Below, one piece after another: positions 1 to 7,553 of a stretch of 64,000 nt of DNA (position 1 is the first letter of the stretch; each line of letters starts with the position of its first letter). Source of the DNA: Desulfobacterales bacterium (GTDB taxonomy: Bacteria > Desulfobacterota > Desulfobacteria > Desulfobacterales > UBA5852). Under the pieces are notes generated by a model. That model searched no databases. It saw only the letters and a list, made by a program, of their open reading frames with translations, and was not told the origin of the DNA. Location: assembly GCA_963674755.2 (NCBI GenBank), contig CAXXVS010000002.1, positions 704,001 to 768,000 of the forward strand, in the 5' to 3' direction. The position numbers and the translations under genes are program-made.

Positions 1-1057
1 CGCCCGCATCGAGCACCTGGATGATGCGCCGGACCGGCTTGGTGATGGATCTGATGAAAATGAATCCGATGATTCCCCCCAGAAGACAGGCGATGACCGT
101 GACCACGATGGCGGACCATCGCGCGCCGGATCCGGTTGAACGCATGCGCTCTTTCGCCGTTGTCTGAATCTGAGTCATGCGATCGATAATGCCACCAAGT
201 TTCACCTTGACCGCATCAATGGCGGCGACAGTATCGGTATTGAGGATCTCGTGAGCTTTCGCCTGGGCGGCATCAATGGCCTCTTCCGCCTCGATGACCG
301 TCTGGAAGTGATTTTGAACCTGTTCCAGGGCCGGGATGGTCACGGTCTTATAAAGCGCGACGCTCCGGGCATAATCCCCCTGCCGCACCGAGGCGGCGAT
401 GCTGCCGGCGGATGCATGCAGCTTTTCATGGGGGCCTTTGATCGCCTCCATCGCGGAGCGCAGTTCAGGAAAATCCTGCGCATACCGTTCATATTCCCCG
501 CTTGACAGGAATTTCCCCAGTCCGCAAAGGTGATGATCCAGTTGCACTTTGCGATCGGGATTGCGCTCGATGACGATCAGCGCGACCTGCGCCGCCCATT
601 GACGGTGGGCGTCCAGCAGGTCCTTTAATTTGATCAGCAGTCCGTCATGCCGCTGCCGCCACGTTTTTTTGATGGCCATGCCGGAATCATGGAGGCGTTT
701 GTGAGGCGCTTTGATCTCATTCAAAAGAGCCGCGAGTTCGGGGTCGCTTTTGGCTAATTTCTCAGCCTCCTCTCCATAAAGGAATTTGCCGAGGCCGCAT
801 TGGGTGTGATCAAGCTCAACCTCAAGGGTTTTGGCGTTTTCCATGAACATGTCTTCAACGCTGGCCAACCAACTAAGATGATCCGCTTCCTTCTCAAGCA
901 GAAAAGCCTGGCGATCCGCTGCATCGGAAAACTGGTTGCTGGATGAAAGGATGTTGTTGATGGACCAGATGGAACTGGCCGCGACAATCCCGACCGCCAA
1001 CAGCAACAAACCGGTGAAGCCCCATAGTTTCGTACCGAGCTTGTATCGCTTTCGCAT
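1..1057 (-). CDS. Methyl-accepting chemotaxis protein (5' part, runs off window) with two tandem CZB domains between TM1 and TM2
   Basis: Hand translation from ATG 1057 (SD GGAGAGG): MRKRYKLGTKLWGF-TM; DHLSW..DHTQCGLGKFLY..PHKRLH; AHRQW..DHHLCGLGKFL..PHEKLH; second TM then RSITKPVRRII (HAMP start). Not in ORF track because no stop is in the window; the signalling domain itself lies outside the window. Confidence 0.85.
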   Translation of the reverse strand, partial: MRKRYKLGTKLWGFTGLLLLAVGIVAASSIWSINNILSSSNQFSDAADRQAFLLEKEADHLSWLASVEDMFMENAKTLEVELDHTQCGLGKFLYGEEAEKLAKSDPELAALLNEIKAPHKRLHDSGMAIKKTWRQRHDGLLIKLKDLLDAHRQWAAQVALIVIERNPDRKVQLDHHLCGLGKFLSSGEYERYAQDFPELRSAMEAIKGPHEKLHASAGSIAASVRQGDYARSVALYKTVTIPALEQVQNHFQTVIEAEEAIDAAQAKAHEILNTDTVAAIDAVKVKLGGIIDRMTQIQTTAKERMRSTGSGARWSAIVVTVIACLLGGIIGFIFIRSITKPVRRIIQVLDAG

Positions 1058-1549
1058 GATATTTTTACCTCTCCCGCGAGTCTGATGGTGGGTACAAGCG
1101 GCGGGTTGCCCGCCAGCCGGCTTAACGGTCCGTCATTGCAACGGACCTGAGTGTTTCGTGTTTCGCCCGTTTTTAGGAAAAACATTAGGAAAATTGAGAT
1201 CTCCGGGAAATCCCAACGAAAAACTAACAATGGAGAAAACGGCGGGGAATGGGGAGTTGGAAGGCCGGGTGTCGACCGGGACAAATTTTCTGCTTTCCAA
1301 CCCGTTAAGGGAAGGGTGGAAGGCAATGAGGTCGCTTTGGGAAACGGTCGCCGGGGTAAACCGCTTCCCATGCAATGGCGCCTGCAAGACACCTCCCAGA
1401 TGCCGCCGGAGCTGGCCGAAAAGCGCCTTTTTCCGGGCGAGTCTCCCCGGCTTAGCCGGGGGGTTACCCAGGTCAATTATGGTTGAATATGCATAAAAAA
1501 TATGACCTCTGGGGAATGGTGGTTTGAGGTCCGGAAGAGAGTAGGTATG

Positions 1550-1591
1550 CCGTATTTTTGCAGGGGAGCTGGTACTTGTCTCTCGTGGCTA
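1550..1591. repeat. 42-bp direct repeat, copy 1
   Basis: ccgtatttttgcaggggagctggtacttgtctctcgtggcta; copy 2 at 2620-2661 differs at 2 positions. Confidence 0.95.
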
Positions 1592-1614
1592 TGTGAACTG
1601 CAACAGTGAACAGT

Positions 1615-1836
1615 TCAATTTCTTAAAATTACACCGATAAACATGATTAAAGAGGCAACAAAGCACATAGAGATCCCAATTATTAATATGTTCCCGTATT
1701 CTTCTACGCGTCTGGCTCTTCGCTTTTCCTTTTTTCCAGTCCAATTGAACCAGCCGTTATAATAAGATAACCCCCAAATTCCTCCCCCAAAAGAAATTAG
1801 AGTTTCAATAATATTTATAATTGTAGAGGAATCCAT
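1615..1836 (-). CDS. Small 2-TM membrane protein, cassette-like
   Basis: AT-rich ORF with two hydrophobic segments; ATG 1836 lies 13 nt beyond the attC R' box. Confidence 0.65.
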   Translation of the reverse strand: MDSSTIINIIETLISFGGGIWGLSYYNGWFNWTGKKEKRRARRVEEYGNILIIGISMCFVASLIMFIGVILRN

Positions 1837-1848
1837 ATAATATTTTTC

Positions 1849-1911
1849 ACATATCACTTAGCTGTGTGGTTGTGCGGGTGTTTGCGCATCCACACCAGCG
1901 CCATGTTGTGC
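1849..1911 (-). mobile_element. Integron attC site (63 bp, degenerate R')
   Basis: Minus strand: R'' GCACAAC-5nt-L'' GCTGGTGT...L' ACACAGC-5nt-R' GATATGT; L''/L' pair with one extrahelical base, inner TGCG/CGCA stem. Confidence 0.8.
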
Positions 1912-2282
1912 TTTTTTGGTAGCATCTTTTCTATTTCGAAGCCTTAATCCAACAAACCCACTTATAAGGATAACAGGCAATGATAAAACCATAATAAATA
2001 AAATCTCAAAACCCCAAAGATTCCTATCGATGCTCACATCAGTTATTGCATCAGCATATATTCCGAAAGGAATCAAAATATATATTATTGCAGGACAAAG
2101 TAACGGGATATTGGAGTCTTTACAGATAATATCAATACAACTGGTAAAATGATGATTACCAGAAAAAGTATCGTGCCTGTGATTGTGTCGGATACAGCAT
2201 TCAAATAGAAACCGATAGAGAATCCAACTGTTGCAGAGACTACCCAAATCACTATTGAAAGATAAATTTTCTTATTTTTCAT
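1858..2282 (-). pseudogene. Frameshifted ~4-TM membrane protein cassette gene
   Basis: ORF 2085-2282 (N-half) and ORF 1858-2247 (C-half) join at ...TPISRYF/CPAIIYIL near 2100; the C-half reads through the attC to TAA at 1858. Confidence 0.65.
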
Positions 2283-2290
2283 ATTTCAGA

Positions 2291-2345
2291 GTACAACTAA
2301 TGATTAACAGGAATTTATGCCGAATATTGAATATTGGCGGAAATT
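2291..2345 (-). mobile_element. attI-like recombination site
   Basis: Minus strand ...aatattcggcataaattcctgttaatcattaGTTGTAC, 8 nt before ATG 2282; GTTGTAC matches the complement of this cassette's own R'' (GTTGTGC) at 6/7. Confidence 0.45.
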
Positions 2346-2366
2346 TGGTTTTAGCCCGACCTTAGC

Positions 2367-2564
2367 TTAGGCATCGTGAATGATTTTTGGCAGTATATAT
2401 TTGCCGTCTTTAATGTATACTATGCCTTGTTCTACGTATTGGTCCATGAGGCTGAAAAACAGATCTTCATCGCTGCGTGGATCATTGGGATAACTTTTTC
2501 GGTATTCATCTATTGCGTGCTTAATGAAAGCCACCCAATTTTGTTTATCTGTTTTATCCTGCAT
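2367..2564 (-). CDS. Hypothetical 65-aa protein
   Basis: AT-rich ORF co-oriented with its neighbours and bounded by junction motifs. Confidence 0.6.
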   Translation of the reverse strand: MQDKTDKQNWVAFIKHAIDEYRKSYPNDPRSDEDLFFSLMDQYVEQGIVYIKDGKYILPKIIHDA

Positions 2565-2619
2565 AAAATAGTTCGGTCACTACTAAAGATTAGAGGTTAA
2601 GGGCGTCCCCTCGATTCTC

Positions 2620-2661
2620 CCGTATTTTTGCAGGGGAGCTGGTACTTTTCTATCGTGGCTA
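2620..2661. repeat. 42-bp direct repeat, copy 2
   Basis: ccgtatttttgcaggggagctggtacttttctatcgtggcta. Confidence 0.95.
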
Positions 2662-2700
2662 AGCTATATTTATATATGAATGGACGTCCCTAGAACGGCC

Positions 2701-3369
2701 CTATTCAGTTTCAAAATGCGGCGATATAATATCCCATAAATCACCTATTAATGTATCATAGTCCTCTTTTGATTTGATGTTGGCAAAACGCATCTTTACA
2801 CCTTGTAGCTCTCTATAACTAATAAAACAGGCAGCAGTGGCGGAAATTCGATCGAAATAAATAATTCTAGCATGGATAGTAATCCTGCGTAAAGTCTCAA
2901 ATAAAATAACATTAAAAATGATTGCCATTAAAATGAGTAGATAATTAGCAGTAATTTTGGAAATGGATTTTAATCGCCTTGCCGTCTCCTCATCTACAGC
3001 TTGATTAAAAGCCTTTATATCTTTAATGTCCATTCCCGCATCCATTTCCTGGGATATCTTTTGCCTGAATTCCTCCTTAAAATTATCATGCAAAGCTAAG
3101 CGAGCTACAAAGCTGAGACCAATTGAGAAAAAAAAGAACGTCAATAATAAGATGATCTGTTGGCCATAAAATGCTGACCGCCTTGCAACCTGACGATATA
3201 AAGAGTTTTGTAACTTTTTAATACCTAGTGTGGAAATCCGGCCCAAAGTATTAATTAGTTTTTTTGATGGGTCCTCAAGCACTAAATTCCAAAGACCACT
3301 ACCTAAAGCCCCTAAAATAATTGTGCCCAGTATTCCACCAATCCACAATAAAGACGTCGGTATTTCCAC
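2701..3369 (-). CDS. Hypothetical 3-TM membrane protein (222 aa)
   Basis: Long AT-rich ORF, three hydrophobic helices, GGGGGA SD before GTG. Confidence 0.8.
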   Translation of the reverse strand: MEIPTSLLWIGGILGTIILGALGSGLWNLVLEDPSKKLINTLGRISTLGIKKLQNSLYRQVARRSAFYGQQIILLLTFFFFSIGLSFVARLALHDNFKEEFRQKISQEMDAGMDIKDIKAFNQAVDEETARRLKSISKITANYLLILMAIIFNVILFETLRRITIHARIIYFDRISATAACFISYRELQGVKMRFANIKSKEDYDTLIGDLWDIISPHFETE

Positions 3370-3511
3370 TAATTAATCCCCCGCTATTCGTTAAAAATAA
3401 TCGATCCTATACGGGAAATGGTATTTTGCGGCGTCTGGGTCTGATAGCCATTTGGTTATTGAATCCATAATTTAAAACAAATATTATTGCGAATAATTAA
3501 TAATTAAGATG

Positions 3512-3545
3512 CGACCCTATTCAGTTCCCGACCCTATTCAGTTCC
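3512..3545. repeat. Tandem 17-bp duplication cgaccctattcagttcc x2; related copy at 2696-2710
   Basis: Direct reading; 2696-2710 cggccctattcagtt matches 14/15. Confidence 0.95.
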
Positions 3546-3564
3546 TCCTCCAGAATGGTTCATC

Positions 3565-5334
3565 TTAGGCGTTTATAAGCTCATCAATTTGATCAAAAAG
3601 TAATCTAAAACTTTGAAACTCAGAAGCATCAACATTGTCAACTAATTTTTCAGCGAATTCGGTTTTGTTTTTCTTTCTAATACCAAAAATATTTGAGTCA
3701 GGTGCAATTTTGTCACCCTTCAATTTATATTTATTAATAATCTTATTATCAAAATAATGTTCTAGTACTAAATATCTATGAATTATTTTACCCCCAACAA
3801 AGTCAATCCTAATATCGGGAACAGGTAAAATTAGACCATAAATTTTCTTTTTTTTATGTTTTCGATAAATCTTACTCAAAGCGTGATCGTGAAATATCTT
3901 TTTGCTTAAACCCTTAAACTGTTCATTGCCTTCACGATCATTGTCAAAAAGTCCAATAATTGTTTTTGCATCATCAATCATTGGAGAAATAAGTTCTATA
4001 GATCTTTTAACCTGATCTGCATTCCCATCGCTTTCATTAAAACACAGATACACACCTGAAGGATATATCTCATAAGGAATAGTATGGTTAGGATGTAGCT
4101 TATACCAAGCCTTTTCAATTAACAGTTTATCAGTTTTTCCTTCGACTATAATTATTGGCGCAGAATATGTTTTTATTTTTTCTGCCAATAATTCTTTTTC
4201 CTTAACGATATTTCGATAATCTTGAATAAATTCCTTCTGTGCTAATAATATTCCAAGTTCATCATATAATTTTAGCTTAGTTTCATTTTTAAATAGATTT
4301 TCCATATTTTCTAACTGAGTTGACCCATAATTATCCTTAACCAACTTAAAAATTTCAGGAACATTTTTGATATTTTCAGGGGGATTTATAAATGCAAGAG
4401 AATGTGTCGTCAAAAATATTTGATTAGATGTTGAATAGTCATTAAAAAACAGTCGGGCCAATTTATCTGCCAAGCCAAATTCTAAAGAGTTTTCAGGCTC
4501 ATCAATACCCCAGATAAACTCCTTAGTTTTATCATTGTTGTCCAACCATTTCAACAGTGGTGGAATATATTTGCTTTTTAAGCCTTCTCCACGATTCAAT
4601 AATGATATGAAAAATTGAGAAGGGTTCAATTTCTTTTTGCTATTGCTTCCCTTGATTTCAAGATTAAGTCTTTCAAATTGTTCATACGATGTGTTGACAG
4701 TTAATTTTTGCCAAAAATCTGAAAGCAATGTTGGCAATCCGAAATTAGTTCCAATATGTATTTCAGACTTATTTAGGATCTCTTTAAGGTCCTTAGTTTT
4801 ATCAGAAATATTATTGTTTAAAGACATAATATCTTGATCAGTTATAAGTTGCTGCTCTCCAATAAGGGAAAGGAGATATTGTAAAACAAATTCTCCTTTT
4901 AATGCCGGGATATAAACATATTTAATTTTGTTTATTATCCGTTTAATAGAGGTCTTCTTTTTTATATCATCGGTACTAAACCGTTCTGATCGTTCCCCTG
5001 CTCGATCATACTGTCTCTCAATAAAAACATTCTTTTCATCGGACAAGCTTATATACGTTGCTGGTGGGTTTAAAAATAACCTTATTCTTATAAGTTGCTT
5101 CATTTTTGTAGAGCGGGTGGCTTTAGCCCTAGAAACTTTATTGTAATCATCTTCAAATTTAAGCGGTTTAAAAAAATCTGTCTGATTGTTAAAAAATAAA
5201 TTTAATGCTTTTAAAATATTTGATTTACCAATATCATTAGACCCTGAAAATACATTGATCTCTTTAACTTCAAAAGATACACTTTCAATTGACCTGAAAC
5301 TATTAATTTCAATTTTATTTATTAGGTCATTCAT
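3565..5334 (-). CDS. OLD-family-like ABC ATPase + TOPRIM nuclease, candidate defence protein
   Basis: IEINSFRSI N-terminus, Walker A GSNDIGKS, Walker B IDEPENSL, H-loop LTTHS, TOPRIM IIVEGKTD and FDND. Confidence 0.85.
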   Translation of the reverse strand: MNDLINKIEINSFRSIESVSFEVKEINVFSGSNDIGKSNILKALNLFFNNQTDFFKPLKFEDDYNKVSRAKATRSTKMKQLIRIRLFLNPPATYISLSDEKNVFIERQYDRAGERSERFSTDDIKKKTSIKRIINKIKYVYIPALKGEFVLQYLLSLIGEQQLITDQDIMSLNNNISDKTKDLKEILNKSEIHIGTNFGLPTLLSDFWQKLTVNTSYEQFERLNLEIKGSNSKKKLNPSQFFISLLNRGEGLKSKYIPPLLKWLDNNDKTKEFIWGIDEPENSLEFGLADKLARLFFNDYSTSNQIFLTTHSLAFINPPENIKNVPEIFKLVKDNYGSTQLENMENLFKNETKLKLYDELGILLAQKEFIQDYRNIVKEKELLAEKIKTYSAPIIIVEGKTDKLLIEKAWYKLHPNHTIPYEIYPSGVYLCFNESDGNADQVKRSIELISPMIDDAKTIIGLFDNDREGNEQFKGLSKKIFHDHALSKIYRKHKKKKIYGLILPVPDIRIDFVGGKIIHRYLVLEHYFDNKIINKYKLKGDKIAPDSNIFGIRKKNKTEFAEKLVDNVDASEFQSFRLLFDQIDELINA

Positions 5335-5387
5335 AAATTTTTCATTTCTGATAATCTGATTGTCAAAAAGGCTTGTGATAGTTTTGA

Positions 5388-5738
5388 TTATATTTCACTC
5401 TGGCTAATATCTTCTGCGAAAACATCTATGTGCTGTTTGTTATTGTGAGCACAACCACAAAAAAAGGCAGTTCCCGGTTGGTTTATCGTTATTGAAAGTG
5501 TTTTTTCGGTTTCGGCCAGGACTGATTGTTTTATTGCCGAGTCCTGGGAATCGGCGATGGCTGGTTTTATTTGTGGGGCTGGGATCTGGGTGGAGATGGG
5601 GGTTTGGGTTACTGATAGCGGGATGGTCGCGAGTATTAGGACTGTAGCCAGTTTGAGGTAGTGGCTTTGGGGTTTGGATATGGGTTTGGCCTCTTTGAAA
5701 AGCCTTTCCACGCGGGCTTCTATGGTAGCGGGGTCCAT
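5388..5738 (-). CDS. Hypothetical exported protein, possibly a truncated remnant
   Basis: GGAGGT SD before ATG 5738; hydrophobic stretch, then Pro/Gln/Thr-rich linker and FFCGC. Confidence 0.4.
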   Translation of the reverse strand: MDPATIEARVERLFKEAKPISKPQSHYLKLATVLILATIPLSVTQTPISTQIPAPQIKPAIADSQDSAIKQSVLAETEKTLSITINQPGTAFFCGCAHNNKQHIDVFAEDISQSEI

Positions 5739-5925
5739 GCATACCTCCACATCAGATTAATGGTTTGAGGTATCTTATCGTTTGGACCGCGTTGCGCGGG
5801 TATGACGAGGAGCCGGCTTTTGAGATGTATCAGCAGGGGATCGCGAGAACACTACCAAAATCGACGCTGAAATGCAAATTTTTGCATCAATTTCGAAAGG
5901 AATTGGAGTAAGTGGCAAAAAGTGT

Positions 5926-6001
5926 TGGTGCCCCCGGCAAGAATCGAACTTGCGGCACATGGATTAGGAATCCAATGCTCTATCCACTGAGCTACGGGGG
6001 C
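5926..6001 (-). tRNA. tRNA-Arg(CCT)
   Basis: GCCCCCGTAGCTCAGTGGATAGAGCA...TTCCTAA...GTTCGATTC...GGGGGCACCA cloverleaf. Confidence 0.97.
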
Positions 6002-6139
6002 TTGGAAGTGCTGTAGAGGTCCTGCGGATACCAGATTGCGGGATTTTATGCAAGCCCTCAGAACCCCTTAAATCAGGTCGCATAGATACATTCCCTAAGC
6101 CATTTGTTGAAGCGCCGGCCATTATGGCTGCAATCCAAT

Positions 6140-6187
6140 AAAAGACAAAGGCCCCACCGTGAATACGGCGGAGCCTTTGTCTTTTTG
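6140..6187. terminator. Bidirectional intrinsic terminator
   Basis: aaaagacaaagg...cctttgtcttttt stem with A/T tails. Confidence 0.75.
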
Positions 6188-6219
6188 TCAGAATTTACGA
6201 TTGCGTCAAAGCCACCAAG

Positions 6220-6738
6220 TTATTTTGGAGGCAGCTTATAAGATCCAGTGACTTTGACCACCTGATCTCCTTTGGTCACTTTGTTGTAAGGGGTAATGTA
6301 GTAGCCGGAAAACGAAAAATCCCCTTCAATACCTTCATACGCTCCGGTCCCTTTATTCCATCTACCTGTACCTTCAAGGGCCGGCATCTTTTTGCCCTTG
6401 GGTATCCCTACGGTCAGCGTCCATTTGGAAAATGCTTGGGATTTGTCCATAAAGGTCAAATCCGAATAGCCTTCGCAAGGGCCCATCCCTTTTGATACAT
6501 CACAAGTGTAACTTGTGTGATAAGCAGCCACTCTGCCATCCTCAAAGTTTGCCACCCCCCTACGCTCGCCAAGCATGAGCACATGCCCCTCGGCATCGGC
6601 CAAGGGGATGGTTTCAACCTTGGTTACATAGGAGTCGATCGTAAAATTTATCTCTTCTGCCCAGGCGAAACTTGAAGCAATACCCAAAGTGAAAATTATG
6701 GCTGCGGCAAAAACAATAGATTTAAACGTTGTTTTCAT
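6220..6738 (-). CDS. Secreted beta-rich hypothetical protein
   Basis: Signal peptide MKTTFKSIVFAAAIIF..AWA; GTGAYEGIEG motif. Confidence 0.8.
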   Translation of the reverse strand: MKTTFKSIVFAAAIIFTLGIASSFAWAEEINFTIDSYVTKVETIPLADAEGHVLMLGERRGVANFEDGRVAAYHTSYTCDVSKGMGPCEGYSDLTFMDKSQAFSKWTLTVGIPKGKKMPALEGTGRWNKGTGAYEGIEGDFSFSGYYITPYNKVTKGDQVVKVTGSYKLPPK

Positions 6739-6831
6739 CGATATCACCCCTTATGTTTCTATCCACGTAAAGGCCGGCTATCGCAACTAATGAATGGTTC
6801 GATAAGGATTACCGTCCTTACAATACCCATG

Positions 6832-7155
6832 CTATTTGGGCAGCGCCATGCCGAGCATGCCAAGGGCCTCTTCGACACTCCAGTTGATTTCGATCGTATA
6901 TTCGAACCCCGGAATCGTTTGAAACATTATCATGAAATCGGTCAGTCGTTTTAGAGCACCCTCCAGCTTACCCTCCTTTACCTCCAGGACACCCATGACT
7001 TTGAGCCCTTGATTTGTCGATTTAACGGCGGCCGGAATGAGCTCCTTAACCTGGTTCTCATCGACAGGGTGTTTTTGTAAGGCTTCAAAATACCTTTCGG
7101 CAACCTGCGTGGCTATATCACTGGGATAGGTCGATGTTGTGACAAGGTAAGGCAT
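6832..7155 (-). CDS. Hypothetical protein (107 aa)
   Basis: AAGGAGG SD before ATG 7155; globular composition. Confidence 0.75.
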   Translation of the reverse strand: MPYLVTTSTYPSDIATQVAERYFEALQKHPVDENQVKELIPAAVKSTNQGLKVMGVLEVKEGKLEGALKRLTDFMIMFQTIPGFEYTIEINWSVEEALGMLGMALPK

Positions 7156-7467
7156 GATGACCTCCTTTGGCTTCATAGATGGGTAGGAAGGATGAATTTG
7201 CAGTGAACCTTTCGTTCCCAAAGCCCCCAGAGGCAGGTCACCCCTGGAGGCCACGTAAAGGCAGTTTCAGGTGCCCTCGTATCATGGCCCTATCCTTTGT
7301 TAAGACAAATTTTGCCGGCTTTTTGGTGGGGGTTTTGATGGTTCAGCAGGTGTGGATCAAGCAGAGGATGTGAATTCTGGGGCGGGTTTAAAATAATTCG
7401 TGATTTAGAGGCAGGGCATGTCGTGCGTCGGATTTATTGCCTGTAAACCAAGTCGTATCAGGCTGTC

Positions 7468-7510
7468 AAATAGAAATGTGGCTCCCACTGTTCTTATCAG
7501 CAGGAGCCAT
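7468..7510 (-). terminator. Probable intrinsic terminator
   Basis: tggctcc...ggagcca stem with T-rich tail on the minus strand. Confidence 0.45.
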
Positions 7511-7553
7511 CTCGGGCCGGCGGCGTGGAAAATTTTCAGCACAGAAAGATTGA

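Noticed and set aside
1122..1152. Sigma28-like promoter (TCAGG...ACCGTTAA) for the MCP
   Set aside because: Spacing is 2 nt too long and both boxes mismatch.
754..1496. ORFs 754-1476(-), 1151-1486(+), 1158-1496(+)
   Set aside because: No recognisable motifs; they overlap the MCP gene or its upstream region and look like chance frames.
2298..2325. dif/pdif site (ATTCGGCATAA resembles a XerC arm)
   Set aside because: No XerD arm at 6-bp spacing.
1500..3560. CRISPR array
   Set aside because: Repeats are few, irregularly spaced and separated by whole genes; no cas genes.
5335..5925. Retron ncRNA or RT partnering the OLD protein
   Set aside because: No reverse transcriptase ORF in the window and no evident a1/a2 inverted repeats.
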